A DNA stretch of 64,000 nt from Candidatus Obscuribacteraceae bacterium (GTDB taxonomy: Bacteria; Cyanobacteriota; Vampirovibrionia; Obscuribacterales; Obscuribacteraceae). The stretch is from the NCBI GenBank assembly GCA_044226015.1, contig JBGAHS010000002.1, positions 657,571 through 721,570 of the forward strand. Direction: 5' to 3'. The notes below the pieces were generated by a model, which was given only the letters and a program-made list of their open reading frames with translations, searched no databases and was not told where the DNA came from. Each line of letters begins with the position of its first letter. Within the stretch, counting starts at the first letter, position 1. Shown one piece after another: positions 32,072 to 43,640 of this stretch. The position numbers were made by a program, and so were the translations under genes.

Positions 32072-33925
32072 ATGCAACCGTTTGACGCTCTTAGCATGAG
32101 AGCAGTATTAGCTGAAGCCAATCCAATTCTGCTAAATCGTCGAGTTGAGAAGATTCAACAGATAAGCAGAGATGAGGTCGTCATTTCGCTGCGTTCCAAA
32201 GCGGGAACAGTCCATTTGCTTGTGTCCGCCCAGGCGAGCTTCGGCCGCATATGCCTGCTGCCGACGCCACCTGCACCGAAAGGAAGCAACCCGCCACCCT
32301 TTTGCCAGCTATTGCGCAAGCATCTGACTTCAGCGATTTTGATGGAACTGACTCAGCTGCCCGGCGAGCGCGTTGTCGACCTGGTTTTTGCCTGTTCTGA
32401 TGAACTGGGTAATCGCTCAAGCAAAAGTCTGACAGCGGAAATTATGGGTCGCCACAGCAACCTCATTCTCTGGGACATTGACACAAACAAAATTCTTGGA
32501 GCCTCTCACGTCGTCACCGCAGAAATGAGCAGACAGCGCGAAGTCTCAGCCGGGCTGACTTACGTGCGCCCCCCAAAGCAAGAGAAGCCGGGAATTTTCG
32601 CCCTTAGCCACGATGAGTTTGATAAAGCTTACGCTCGCCTGCAGGCAAGCTATGCAGCTGCCAGCGAAACGCAAAACGACGGCACGGAAAAATCGCAGGG
32701 CGGAGAAATCAAAACTTACGAGCAATGGCTGATGGCAAACTTCGCTGGGCTGGGCAGGCATCTTGCCGAAGAAATTGTTGAAGCTGCAAAATTGCCTGAT
32801 GCAATCAGTAAAGAAACTACGAGCACAGCAGAGCGAGATGAGCTCTGGAAGCGCATCGAATCCATACAAAATATTAGCAACTACGCACCAAGTATGCGCA
32901 TCGACCTGACTAAATTCTCTGTGCTTTCCTGGTGGAAAGAAGAAAGCAGAGGCGCAGAATTATGGAAAGAGCACAGTTCGGCGAACGAGATGATCGATAG
33001 CTACTTCAAGGGTGTGCAACTTCGTACCGAAATTCAGCAGCTGAAAGATCGCATTCGCTCAGAACTAAAAACTGAAAACGACAAGCTTCAACAGCGCATG
33101 GAATTGGCAAAGAAGCTACTGTGCGAGTCGGCTGACCACGACAGATTCAAGAAATTTGGTGATACCATTCTTGCGCACTTGAATGAAATTAAGCCAGGAC
33201 AAAGCAAGCTTGAATGCCCCGATATGTTCGCGGAAACGGAACAAATGCTTTCGATTGAGCTCAACCCGAACGTCTCAGCATCGCAAAACGCGCAAAATTA
33301 TTATCGACGGTTTGCAAAAGCGAGGACGCGCTCGAAGACTGCAAGCGCCTCCGCGCAAGATGCAAATGACAAACTCGCGGAAGTTCAAGCGTGCACACTG
33401 ACACTCGAAAAAGCAGAGACTTTAAACGACCTTCAATCACTAAAGGAAAAGGTACTTGATCGCGGACGCAAAGCTGAAGCAGTGCCAAGCAAGCCTCAGT
33501 CAACGCATGGCTCGCAACGCGAGCACAAGGCAAGCCATCCACGTTTATTGAGCACAAAGTCATCAGACGGATTCACCATCTTGGTCGGACGTAACAAACA
33601 AGAGAATGATGTGCTAGTGAGCAAATTAGCGCACCCGCATGATATATGGTTGCACGCTCAAGGACTCGAAGGCGCACATGTTCTAATAAAACTACCGAAC
33701 AAAAAAGACCCACCGCTAAGCACCTTGAAAGAGGCTGCACAAATTGCTGCTCGTTTTGCAAAAATCGGACTGGGCGGTAAAGTAAAGGTGATCTACACCT
33801 ACGGTAAGTATGTTCGAAAAATAGCAAAAGACAAGCCGGGTTTGGTTCGATATGAAAATGAAAAGACACTGGAAGTTGATACGGCAGCGCCCCTGCCGGA
33901 AGCTTTGCGCAAGTTTTTCTCGTAG
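32072..33925 (+). CDS. rqcH: NFACT/RqcH ribosome quality-control protein
   Basis: EIMGRHSNLIL, NAQNYYRRFAK, VGRNKQEND, GAHV. Confidence 0.9.
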   Translation: MQPFDALSMRAVLAEANPILLNRRVEKIQQISRDEVVISLRSKAGTVHLLVSAQASFGRICLLPTPPAPKGSNPPPFCQLLRKHLTSAILMELTQLPGERVVDLVFACSDELGNRSSKSLTAEIMGRHSNLILWDIDTNKILGASHVVTAEMSRQREVSAGLTYVRPPKQEKPGIFALSHDEFDKAYARLQASYAAASETQNDGTEKSQGGEIKTYEQWLMANFAGLGRHLAEEIVEAAKLPDAISKETTSTAERDELWKRIESIQNISNYAPSMRIDLTKFSVLSWWKEESRGAELWKEHSSANEMIDSYFKGVQLRTEIQQLKDRIRSELKTENDKLQQRMELAKKLLCESADHDRFKKFGDTILAHLNEIKPGQSKLECPDMFAETEQMLSIELNPNVSASQNAQNYYRRFAKARTRSKTASASAQDANDKLAEVQACTLTLEKAETLNDLQSLKEKVLDRGRKAEAVPSKPQSTHGSQREHKASHPRLLSTKSSDGFTILVGRNKQENDVLVSKLAHPHDIWLHAQGLEGAHVLIKLPNKKDPPLSTLKEAAQIAARFAKIGLGGKVKVIYTYGKYVRKIAKDKPGLVRYENEKTLEVDTAAPLPEALRKFFS

Positions 33926-33934
33926 GTAGAATGC

Positions 33935-34612
33935 ATGGCAAAAATTTTGATAGTTGAGGATGACAAACAAGTTGGAGAAGTACTGAAAGACGTACTTAAC
34001 CATGAGCACTACCTCACTGACCTGGCACCAACATTGTCTGACGCAAAACACTTTCTGAAGGTGTCGGCCTACGATTTGATTTTACTAGATTGGGAACTAC
34101 CCGATGGACCAGGCGTCGACCTATGTCGAGATTTGCGCAGAGTGAACGACGCAGTGCCGATATTGATGCTGACAGGCCGCTCAGCAATACAAGACAAAGC
34201 GACCGGGCTCGATATTGGTGCAGATGATTATTTAACCAAGCCATTCGAAATCGCAGAACTTCTAGCACGCATCAGAAGCTTGCTGCGAAGACTCTGGCAA
34301 GAGAAGAGCGAGCGCCTAACTTTTGGACCTCTGGAAATGGATATACAAACCAGACAGGTTTTTCGTGATGGCAAAGAGCTGAAATTGTTGCGCAAAGAAT
34401 TTGACTTGCTTGAACTTTTGATGCGCAACACCTCAACTCACTTCTCCACAGACATGTTGCTTCAAAAACTCTGGGGCGGCGACACGGACGCAGGAACTGA
34501 CGCAGTATTCCAATGCATACGCAGACTGCGCAGAAAACTTGATGATGGCGAGGCACCGTCCATAGTGCACCTCGAACACGGACAGGGGTATTGCCTGAAG
34601 GTTCCAAGCTAG
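33935..34612 (+). CDS. OmpR-family response regulator
   Basis: ILIVEDD, LILLDW, GADDYLTKPF, winged-helix C-terminus. Confidence 0.95.
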   Translation: MAKILIVEDDKQVGEVLKDVLNHEHYLTDLAPTLSDAKHFLKVSAYDLILLDWELPDGPGVDLCRDLRRVNDAVPILMLTGRSAIQDKATGLDIGADDYLTKPFEIAELLARIRSLLRRLWQEKSERLTFGPLEMDIQTRQVFRDGKELKLLRKEFDLLELLMRNTSTHFSTDMLLQKLWGGDTDAGTDAVFQCIRRLRRKLDDGEAPSIVHLEHGQGYCLKVPS

Positions 34613-34641
34613 AATTTGGCAACGCACCGTTTGCCAGAGAT

Positions 34642-34712
34642 TGATTCAATGGAGTGATTCAATGGCTCGGTTCAATGGAGCTATTCATTGAAGCTATTCA
34701 TTGGAATGAATC
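34642..34712. repeat. Short degenerate tandem repeat
   Basis: (a/g)ttca(a/t)tgg-like unit about 5 times at ~12-bp spacing. Confidence 0.65.
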
Positions 34713-35068
34713 ATGTGATGAATCCCTAGTAGAACAGACTGAAAATACAAAGTTTTTTAGGCAATTTCAAAAAGATCAAGCGGAGTGTTTCCGTGGAGTT
34801 ACCTCTTTTTGCCCTGAAAGTCTTGCGCAAGCTATGCGAACAGCTCAAACAAAAGGTCACTGCTGAGATTTTATGTTCCGAAAACCCAACCCCAGAGCAG
34901 AGCTTTGGTGTCAATAGCAATTTGGCAAGAATTTTGAAGAAAAAAGTCAACATGCATAGGGTATTGTGAATTTAGTCCAAATTTGATCTCAACCGGTCGG
35001 GCAACTGCTTCCGGTTGAGCGTTCTCTACTGGAAAAAATTTTGGAGCACATGTCGGGGGGCTTTGTGT

Positions 35069-35560
35069 ATGAGTCGAGATCAAAAGAATTGCGGAACCAG
35101 CATCTTGCATTTGGCAAAAGTTGCAAAAATATTTGGCAAAATTTGGTCATATGGTAAGCGAGGTGTCGCCATTTCTTTGGCATCAATGATGAGCGCACAA
35201 ATGCTCACACCAGCCCTTGCGAATCCGCCCTCGCCCCCGCGGCCAGGCTCTATAAACCCTAATGGCTTTTCCGTAGTCATGAGTGGATCAACCCCTGTGC
35301 ATTCGACAGCGACACCAGCCACGATACCAGCGAGTTTGATTTCATCGATCATGAACGCAAGTGGTACAACAAATTTTCAAAAGTCTCAGGTAATCGACAT
35401 AGGCAATTACCCGAGTGGAACGCTGAGCTTTGCTGGAAATTTTGTAAACCAGTCAACGCTTTATTTGATAAGCAGCAATCCTCATGTATCAACTGCGACG
35501 ATCAAGGCCGATAACGATGAGGTATTCGCGAGATGCGAGTTGACAATCTTGAGCAACTGA
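35069..35560 (+). pseudogene. Truncated N-terminus of a large secreted haemagglutinin-like protein
   Basis: Extended signal peptide, then S/T/N/G-rich beta-type sequence (GNFVNQSTLYLISSNP..TATIKADN) that stops abruptly at the next ORF. Confidence 0.55.
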
Positions 35561-36786
35561 AGCATACATCAACAATCATAGCCATCCAAGAGTTTTTCCA
35601 GAATTTCTGCATTTCCTTCGAGAGACAATTGTGGGGGTCAAGACTTGTCGGCTCATTTAAAGTCAAGATTTCTTTCCGGTACAGGGATGGTAATTTCAAT
35701 TACACCTTTCTCAACGATAGTAAATTATCGGAAGAGCAGCGCCTAGAGCTGGAAGTTGTGCTTAAAAGATTTCTAGATGACACCACTTTTTTAAATTTTC
35801 CATTACGCAATACTGACTTTGCCTTGGAATTATCACCTGGTTTCAAAATCATACTCAAGTCCCAGTCATGTACCAAAGAGCTTCTCAGCTTGGCGAATCA
35901 AATGATTTCCAAAATTGATCTAAGAAAACTAAATCTGGGAACCACAATGTTTAGAGTCACCTTCTTGCGTGCACCAAACTCTTGCTTTTGCGTTCCTGTC
36001 TATTCCGATTCAACAGTGAAAAGGGACATTGAAAAAGCCTGCCTAATTATCAAAGAGGTCGTAGGGAATCTCTTCGATGCTTTTGAAAGAATATGTGCCG
36101 CGGACTCACTAGAGTTATGTATAGGAGCAACCGAGAACCAATTGGTGCCTGTCATACCAGATATTAAGCTAGTCGAACTGGAGCGAAGTAACTATAAAAC
36201 TTCTATTGACCTGCTTTATTGGTACAAAAGACAAGTAGAGATCGAACCGGAAAAAATGCTCTATCTTTTTGACTACCGATTGGCTCTTTCTTGGTTTTCA
36301 AATTCTGAAGACATTCTTTCTCTAGCAGAAGCTTGCATTGACCAGTGCTTTGAAAATGTAGGTGAATTATCTACCCAACAGTGTTATGGTCTTGCCAAAG
36401 CTATGGGATACTTTTGCAACAAATTCAACACTTCAAAATATGAAAGTAAGATTTTACAGCTGATGAAATTTGTTGTGGAAAACGACAAAGAAACCGCCGA
36501 GTCTTCTATCTTTGACCTTGCCTTGTACTATAAGTCTTTTGGCAAGAATGATCTTGCATATGACCAGCTCGCCTCGGAAAGGTTTAGACCATTCTTGCGA
36601 CCCGGTGTACGTTACGGCATATATCTGTCCATGATCCTAGAGATGGGGCGAAAGTGCGGAAAGAAAGAAGAAGCCATCGCATTGGTTCAGGAAGTTGCTG
36701 ATGGACTAACTGAAGAGAGATTCCAAAACTATCGTGAGAGTACTAACCGGATTATAGAAGCAGCAAAGATGATAGATGACGCGTGA
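35533..36786 (+). CDS. Hypothetical protein, visibly AT-richer than neighbours, helical C-terminus
   Basis: 417-aa ORF with no recognised motif. Confidence 0.65.
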   Translation: MRVDNLEQLKHTSTIIAIQEFFQNFCISFERQLWGSRLVGSFKVKISFRYRDGNFNYTFLNDSKLSEEQRLELEVVLKRFLDDTTFLNFPLRNTDFALELSPGFKIILKSQSCTKELLSLANQMISKIDLRKLNLGTTMFRVTFLRAPNSCFCVPVYSDSTVKRDIEKACLIIKEVVGNLFDAFERICAADSLELCIGATENQLVPVIPDIKLVELERSNYKTSIDLLYWYKRQVEIEPEKMLYLFDYRLALSWFSNSEDILSLAEACIDQCFENVGELSTQQCYGLAKAMGYFCNKFNTSKYESKILQLMKFVVENDKETAESSIFDLALYYKSFGKNDLAYDQLASERFRPFLRPGVRYGIYLSMILEMGRKCGKKEEAIALVQEVADGLTEERFQNYRESTNRIIEAAKMIDDA

Positions 36787-37027
36787 GATGTATTTTCCGG
36801 TTGGTGCTGAGCGCAGCATTCACCAAGTGCAACAGAAATTTCAACACAAGGATTATTCTGCAGCAGAAACTACATTACACTACGAGCACGGGAAGACACA
36901 CTGCCTGAATCTTCAGAGCTAGGCAAAACGCAGAATAACAGCACAGTCTTCCGATTACATAGTCAGCTTCCAAGCATGGTAACTTAGGATAGAAGCCTTC
37001 TTCCATGTGGCCGCTTGAGTTGAGAGA

Positions 37028-38902
37028 ATGGACAAGCTAGACGAGAAAAAAGTAAAGCTGACGGAAGCTGCTCCAACGGAGCAGCTAGCTTACGACCTCG
37101 CAATGAATAAAACTGAATCCTCGCAGGAAGCAGCCGACGACAACAGCTTGGATTTAGGCGTTTCAATAGCTGACCTTTCCGCTCAGAGCGCCTCCGCTCA
37201 AAGGACTAAAAGACGCAGGCGAATCCTCTTGATGCTGGCGTTGATTATCTTATCCTTGAGCACAAGCTATTACTCGTTCTGGTTGTACAACAAAACAAAA
37301 TTGATTTCAGTAACAGAACTGGGACTATGCGCAGATTCTGTTTTAGATAGACAATACGGCGCTAAATACGAACAAGACGAAGCACTTTGGCTAAATTTGT
37401 GCGCTCGCTTCACGGGCACTACAAGCGCAGGGAATAACGAAGCTCTAGAAATTGCAAGAGCTGTAGCAGCGAAGAAAAACAAGGACTACTTTGTGGCGAG
37501 GCTTTGTGAATCGCGGGCCCTGGAATATATCGCCCAGGCGAAGCGCAGCCAGAACAGGTATGAAGTGTTAGAAGACTACTACAAGAAGGCATTAGCAATC
37601 AATCAAGAAATACTAGGTAAGACTCATCCTGCAACACTGGAATGCCTCGGCCGCTTGTTCTATGAGTATTTTCATCATCAAAAACTCGAATATGCCAAAC
37701 AAGCTGCCGACTCAGGCTTAAAACTATGTAGTGAATCTTTTGGAATAAGGGAATCAACAAGTGCAGCTTTCCTTGAATGCCTAAGAAGAATCCGCCCTTC
37801 CTACTACAAATACAAGAGAGTAGATGTTCTTAGTCCTGAGACTTACTCACTCTTTAAAGACGAAGTGCCAGCCACAAATGCAGCACCAAAGCTCGCAATA
37901 TCAGATTCTCAAATGAATGCATATAGATTCATTCTCGCAGGCAAGATTCATGAAGCCGATTGTGAATATCGAAAACTTCTTCAACAAATAGCCAGCATGA
38001 AAGGAATTGACTCAACCAAGTACCGTAACGCAGCATCTTGCTATGCAACTCTATTGGCGAGCCAGGGCCGCCAGGAAGAAGCTAAACGGCTTTGCGAAAA
38101 AGCGCATATAGAATTACCAACAACAACATTTACACCTCTCGCTGACAGCCCCATCACTTCACCGGTATGCAAACCCGCATCGTATTCAGGTCAAAGAAGT
38201 AGAGTAGCAACGGCTTTCGATGTAGAGGAAAAACTGAGACCTTTTGCGAAGCAAGGAACTGTTGCTATTTCGGAATTGAAAACGAAAGCAAACCTCACTG
38301 GTTTCGGCTTTTTCGTTGGTCCGAGAATGTTGTTAACCAGCACCAGCGTAATAGGCTCCCGAAGCGACATACTAAACCGCACAGCAAAAAGCTGCTCTGA
38401 CGAGAGTGAATTTCTGTTGCTAAGAATTTTGGCAAAAGACCCTGAACACGGCATGACCATAGTGGAGGCGCTTCCATCGAGTCCTTCGTCCAGACTGGGC
38501 AGAACATTGCAAATATCTGATTTGAGCACTGATGCCTGGACTTCAGGTATATATCTATTTAAGAATACAGATAACACGATATCCTTTGGTTCGGGCATTG
38601 TAACCACAGTGGCAAGTAATACAACTGCGCCCGCTTCGACAGATGTAGTAAAATCCTGCTCCTTGAGCAATGCTGAATATCTTAATCTTAGCGCCTCTAG
38701 TGGAGAGAAAAACGATGGAGCCCCATGCTTAGGAGAGGACAGCAAGGTGATGGGAGTTGTTGTAGCTAAAGAGCTAGCCGCATCAGCCCGCTTTATTCCG
38801 CCACTTATTGAAAAGGCTGAAAAAGTACTAGCCGAACAAAAGAACAAATCGAACGAGCCCGAAAAAGGAACGCAAGCTAACAAGACACCCAAGGCACATT
38901 AA
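37028..38902 (+). CDS. Membrane-anchored TPR protein with degenerate trypsin-like domain
   Basis: TM after RRRR; TPRs (ILGKTHPATL); GFGFFV..LLTSTSV and DGAPCL..VMGVV lack catalytic His/Ser. Confidence 0.7.
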   Translation: MDKLDEKKVKLTEAAPTEQLAYDLAMNKTESSQEAADDNSLDLGVSIADLSAQSASAQRTKRRRRILLMLALIILSLSTSYYSFWLYNKTKLISVTELGLCADSVLDRQYGAKYEQDEALWLNLCARFTGTTSAGNNEALEIARAVAAKKNKDYFVARLCESRALEYIAQAKRSQNRYEVLEDYYKKALAINQEILGKTHPATLECLGRLFYEYFHHQKLEYAKQAADSGLKLCSESFGIRESTSAAFLECLRRIRPSYYKYKRVDVLSPETYSLFKDEVPATNAAPKLAISDSQMNAYRFILAGKIHEADCEYRKLLQQIASMKGIDSTKYRNAASCYATLLASQGRQEEAKRLCEKAHIELPTTTFTPLADSPITSPVCKPASYSGQRSRVATAFDVEEKLRPFAKQGTVAISELKTKANLTGFGFFVGPRMLLTSTSVIGSRSDILNRTAKSCSDESEFLLLRILAKDPEHGMTIVEALPSSPSSRLGRTLQISDLSTDAWTSGIYLFKNTDNTISFGSGIVTTVASNTTAPASTDVVKSCSLSNAEYLNLSASSGEKNDGAPCLGEDSKVMGVVVAKELAASARFIPPLIEKAEKVLAEQKNKSNEPEKGTQANKTPKAH

Positions 38903-39060
38903 TCGCAAAGCTATGCCGGGACACATTTGTCCGATCAATCATTCGATCAATCAACCCTCGCTCGGTCAGCAGCGCAGAAAAAGAAATTATCAAAAGCTAC
39001 TTCCGTAGAGCTGAAGAAATCAGATGAGTACTAAGCACCATTAATAGTACACGTCGACGA

Positions 39061-39526
39061 ACGCAGTGCCTATATTGATGCTGACGGGTCGCTCAGCAAT
39101 CAAGACAAAGCGACTGGGCTCGATATTGGTGCAGCTGATTATTCAACTAAGCCATTCAAAATTGCAGAACTTCTAACACGCGTCAGAAGCTTGCGACGAA
39201 GACTCTGGCAAGAGAAGAGCGAGCGCCTAACTTTTGGTCCTCTGGAAATGGATATACAAACCAGACAGGTTTTTCATGACGGCAAAGAGCTGAAATTGTT
39301 GCGCAAAGAATTTGACTTGCTTGAACTTTTGATGCGCAATACCTCAACATACTTCTCCACAGACATGTTGCCTCAAAACCTCTGGGGCGGCGACACGGAC
39401 GCAGGAACTGACGCAGTATTCCAATGCATACACAGACTGCGCAGAAAACTTGATGATGGCTAGGCACCGTCCATAGTGCACCTCGAACACGGGCAGGGGT
39501 ATTGCCTGAAGGTTCCAAGCTAGAAT
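39061..39526 (+). pseudogene. Degenerate partial duplicate of the 33935-34612 response regulator
   Basis: Close match to 34149-34615; 1-nt deletion near 39110; GAG>TAG at 39461-39463; 5' part absent. Confidence 0.93.
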
Positions 39527-39539
39527 ATTTGCTTTGGTG

Positions 39540-39690
39540 TGTTACTCAAGGAAATCTATTAGTTTCTGGTTTCAATCCTGGAAGCATAACCGCCTCAACA
39601 ATAGATGTCTCTATTGTTCCCGGTAATCCTCGAAATGGAAGCATACTCATTGACACCGGTGGAGGTAACATTACAACGGGAAGTCTTATA
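39540..39690 (+). pseudogene. Internal fragment of a haemagglutinin-like repeat protein
   Basis: GSITASTIDVS..GSILIDTGGGNITTGSL beta-helix-like repeat with no start. Confidence 0.5.
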
Positions 39691-39957
39691 TGTCGTTTGC
39701 AATATTCCCACCAAAACATATCGATTAGCATATATTATAGATAAGCCTGACCACTGACCGCTGGCACGCTCGCAATTCGGCCAGCCCATACAGCGCTGCA
39801 ACTGATTCTTGCACAAATTATGTGATGTCGGTTATGCCGATGAAAACGTAAATTGAGAAGCCGGGCACCACTGCGCGATAAAACCGCAGAGAACCAAAGG
39901 ACAGGGAACGAGCCCTGTCCTTTGACAAAAATACTTCTGAAGAAATCAGAGTTGCAA

Positions 39958-40644
39958 TTACATTTTGCGGAATAAGGCAACAACAACGCCTTGTATTTGA
40001 AGGTCATTCAAAGAGTTGACGTAAATCGGTTCCATTGCGGAATTTGCTGGCTGTAACCGGAATCGGTTCTTCTCTTTGTAGAAGCGTTTCAACGTAGCAC
40101 TTCCGTCGTCTAGCAATGCCACCACTATCTCACCTTGATTTGGAGATGGCTTCGGCTTGATGATTACAAAGTCTCCGTCGTGTATGCCATCTTCAATCAT
40201 TGAGTCGCCCTTCACCTTCAGCGCAAAGCATCCAGCTGAATACTGGGAATCAATCTCTAGATATTCATCGCGGCTCACTACATCGATTGGCTGACCCGCA
40301 GCAATCATACCGGCATAAGGAATGCCTATCGGAGTGGCGTCGTCGTCGTCAGAGATAACGTCTTCTCCTTCTTCTGTCACAGCGGCTACAATCGGCTTAA
40401 CAGCTTCTGGAGAATCAGCTACACGGAGCGACCTGTTAAGACCTGGCTCCCACAAGACAATGCCCTTCTTTTTCAAGGCAGTTACATGCTGGTGCACTGT
40501 CATTCGGTTTCGCAACCCCATTGCTTTGGCAAGCTCCGCCAGAGTTGGTGGATATCCATGCTCCTCAGTGAGCTGAATAATTAACCGAACGACCTCCTTT
40601 TGCCGTGGTGGAAGGGATTCTAGTTCTGTCACCACTTTTAGCAC
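39958..40644 (-). CDS. lexA: SOS repressor LexA
   Basis: GYPPTLAEL HTH, IAAG cleavage site, GDSM Ser and ATLKR Lys. Confidence 0.95.
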   Translation of the reverse strand: MLKVVTELESLPPRQKEVVRLIIQLTEEHGYPPTLAELAKAMGLRNRMTVHQHVTALKKKGIVLWEPGLNRSLRVADSPEAVKPIVAAVTEEGEDVISDDDDATPIGIPYAGMIAAGQPIDVVSRDEYLEIDSQYSAGCFALKVKGDSMIEDGIHDGDFVIIKPKPSPNQGEIVVALLDDGSATLKRFYKEKNRFRLQPANSAMEPIYVNSLNDLQIQGVVVALFRKM

Positions 40645-40999
40645 TCCTTGTTTCTAGGGTTTCAAAAGGAAAATTATCAAACACATACGTAAGTATAGTA
40701 TCGAAGTATTTTCTTGTCTAGTAGTTTATGCAACTTTTTTCGGCATTATTGCAAATTCTTTCGTGCCACCATTCGGATGGTATCACTTACGGTGCACGAC
40801 AGAACATACACCCTTTCGAAAATGATGCTTACTCACCCATGTTCGCTTGCGCTTCGGAGAGAAAGCCAGGCTCTAACAATTCGAAACTCATGCTTTTCCC
40901 TGCCGGTTACTTGACAGCCACAAATGGCTGATTTAGTTCACAACGATGTAAATGAAGAGGCCTGGTCTGCTATGCTTGCGCTCAAAGAGAGACAATCCT

Positions 41000-42469
41000 A
41001 TGCACCTCGACCCGCTAATGCTGTCACGCATTCAGTTTGCGTTGACCATTATGTTTCACTACATCTTCCCGCCACTGACGATTGGTTTGGGATTATTTAT
41101 GGTGATAATCGAGACGCTCTGGCTCTATAAAAAAGAAGCCATTTACGAGTCTATGGCTCGCTTCTGGACCAAAATATTTGCCGTCAACTTCGCCATGGGC
41201 GTCGCGACTGGCATTGTAATGGAATTTGAGTTTGGTACGAATTGGTCTCGATATTCCAAATTTGTGGGCGATGTTTTCGGCTCAGCACTTGCGGCGGAAG
41301 GCATTTTTGCGTTTTTTCTGGAATCAGGCTTTCTTTCCATTCTCGTGTTCGGCTGGGGACGAGTTGGCAAAAAACTGCATTACCTCTCAACATTGATGGT
41401 GTGCCTGGGGTCGATTTTCTCAAGCGTCTGGATAACTATTGCAAACAGCTGGCAACAGACACCAGCTGGCTATCACATAGTAAAGACTGCCAACGGACTT
41501 TTGCGCGCAGAGATCGTCGATTTCTGGGCCATGGTCTTCAACCCATCGACAGTCCCCCGGCTTCTGCACGTCTGGTTGGGCGCTTTCGTTCTAGGTGCTT
41601 TCTTCGCACTAAGCATTAGTGCATTCTACATTTTGAAAAACATCCATCTTGATTTTGCAAAACGTAGTTTCAAAATCTCTCTTGTGTATGCGGCAGCCGC
41701 ATCGATGATCGCCGCAGCATCAGGGCATCTTCAAGCCTGCGAAGTGGCGGAGAACCAGCCCGCCAAACTCGCTGCAATGGAAGCACACTTCACCACCGGC
41801 ACTGGTGGCACAGGATTGTGGCTGTTCGGGCTGCCCGATCCCAAAAAGCAGCAGGTAAATTTCGGAGTTCAAGTGCCTTCGCTGCTCAGCCTGCTGGTAT
41901 ATTTCAACCCCGACAAACCTGTAAAAGGGCTCGACGCGTTCCCCAAGGAAGACCATCCACCAATTCTGATACCTTTCATTTCTTTTCACCTGATGGTGGC
42001 ACTCGGAACTTACTTTATTGCAGTGACCATGCTTGCATTGTTCCTGTGGTGGCGCGGAATGCTATTTAACTCGCGCCCGCTTCTGTGGACTTTTGTTTTC
42101 TCAACAGTTCCTGCCATTGCTGCAAATGAATTAGGCTGGGTCACTGCTGAAGTCGGACGACAGCCCTGGGTCGTCTATGGCCTTCTGCGCACCGCTGATG
42201 GTTACTCACAGGCAGTACCAGCAGAGCACATTTTAGGCTCGATCATCATGTTTGCAGTGATTTACTCCCTCTTATTCTGGGTGTGGATCTACGTTCTGCA
42301 CCAGAAAATACTACACGGACCCGAGCCAGTAACTGACATCACTGACAATACCCCACTCGGACAACTAATCGATTCTGCATCGCGTAGGAGCGACCCGGCT
42401 GGGCCATCAATGACTAGCTCAAAATCACCGTCCGACGAGCCGGCAAATCCCAACAGCGGGGAGGCTTGA
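41000..42469 (+). CDS. cydA: Cytochrome bd ubiquinol oxidase subunit I
   Basis: [40 protein letters not shown]. Confidence 0.96.
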   Translation: MHLDPLMLSRIQFALTIMFHYIFPPLTIGLGLFMVIIETLWLYKKEAIYESMARFWTKIFAVNFAMGVATGIVMEFEFGTNWSRYSKFVGDVFGSALAAEGIFAFFLESGFLSILVFGWGRVGKKLHYLSTLMVCLGSIFSSVWITIANSWQQTPAGYHIVKTANGLLRAEIVDFWAMVFNPSTVPRLLHVWLGAFVLGAFFALSISAFYILKNIHLDFAKRSFKISLVYAAAASMIAAASGHLQACEVAENQPAKLAAMEAHFTTGTGGTGLWLFGLPDPKKQQVNFGVQVPSLLSLLVYFNPDKPVKGLDAFPKEDHPPILIPFISFHLMVALGTYFIAVTMLALFLWWRGMLFNSRPLLWTFVFSTVPAIAANELGWVTAEVGRQPWVVYGLLRTADGYSQAVPAEHILGSIIMFAVIYSLLFWVWIYVLHQKILHGPEPVTDITDNTPLGQLIDSASRRSDPAGPSMTSSKSPSDEPANPNSGEA

Positions 42470-42470
42470 T

Positions 42471-43487
42471 ATGGATATTCACATAATGATGTTCATTCTC
42501 ATGGGAATTCTGCTTTCCGGCTATGGCATTCTCGACGGCTTTGACCTGGGCGTGGGCATTCTTCATCTTTTTGGAAAAACGGAAGAAGAAAGAGCCGTGA
42601 TGATGCACACGATCGGCCCAGTCTGGGACGGCAACGAAGTCTGGCTAGTAACTTTTGGCGGCGCCCTTTTTGCAGCCTTTCCCAATGTGTACGCTGCGTC
42701 TTTTTCAGGGTTCTACCTTCCGTTCATGGTTCTTCTCAGTGCTCTAATTTTCCGTGGTGTGTCACTCGAATTCCGCAACAAAAACAAATCTACAAATTGG
42801 AAACGCTTCTGGGATTTTTCGTTTTGTATGTCGTCAGCGCTAATCGCATTTTTGCTCGGAGTGGCTGTAGGAGACACAATGCAGGGCTTACCTGTGGATG
42901 CCAAAGGTGATTTCGTCGGAAGCATTGCAGACGTTTTTCGCCCCTACCCACTGCTTGTTGGACTATTGTCGGTAGCAGGCTGCGCAATGCACGGTTCCAT
43001 CTACTTATATTTGAAGACAAAAGAAGAGCTGCAAAGCAAAATACACCCGTGGATGTGGACCACTTTCGGCATATTTCTAGTGTTTTACATGCTCACCACG
43101 ATGGTGACTCTAATATCAGTTCCAAGCTCAGTCGAAAACTTCAAGCGCTTCCCGATTGCCTGGACTGTTGTCATTCTAAACATTCTCGCGATCGCCAATA
43201 TTCCCCGCGCGATATTTTTGAGTAGACCTTTCTACGCATTTATTTCGTCATCAGCAACGATATTGGGTCTGACTAGCCTCTTCGGAATCGCCCTGTTTCC
43301 AAATCTTTTGCGTTCCACCATTGATGAGAAGTTCAGCTTGAATATTTACAACGCTTCCTCTTCAGAGCCTACGCTCTGGCTAATTTTCTGGATTGCGTGC
43401 ATGGGTGTTCCGTTTGTTTTGTCCTATACCGGAGTGGTGTACTGGGTTTTTAGAGGAAAGATTACCGCGGAGGACGTAATCTATTGA
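42471..43487 (+). CDS. cydB: Cytochrome bd oxidase subunit II
   Basis: LDGFDLGVG, PVWDGNEVWL, FRGVSLEFR. Confidence 0.96.
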   Translation: MDIHIMMFILMGILLSGYGILDGFDLGVGILHLFGKTEEERAVMMHTIGPVWDGNEVWLVTFGGALFAAFPNVYAASFSGFYLPFMVLLSALIFRGVSLEFRNKNKSTNWKRFWDFSFCMSSALIAFLLGVAVGDTMQGLPVDAKGDFVGSIADVFRPYPLLVGLLSVAGCAMHGSIYLYLKTKEELQSKIHPWMWTTFGIFLVFYMLTTMVTLISVPSSVENFKRFPIAWTVVILNILAIANIPRAIFLSRPFYAFISSSATILGLTSLFGIALFPNLLRSTIDEKFSLNIYNASSSEPTLWLIFWIACMGVPFVLSYTGVVYWVFRGKITAEDVIY

Positions 43488-43640
43488 GTTATCAGCCGCC
43501 ACTTGGAAACCGCGGTTGACATTGTGTTTATGAGAGTTTGGGTATAAACCTGAAATAAGCGTTTATGTTCTGTAGGATCCGTTGTCATATGGTGTATAAC
43601 CGCTAGAAATACGCTTTAGATAAGCTTTGGGGAGCGAGAG

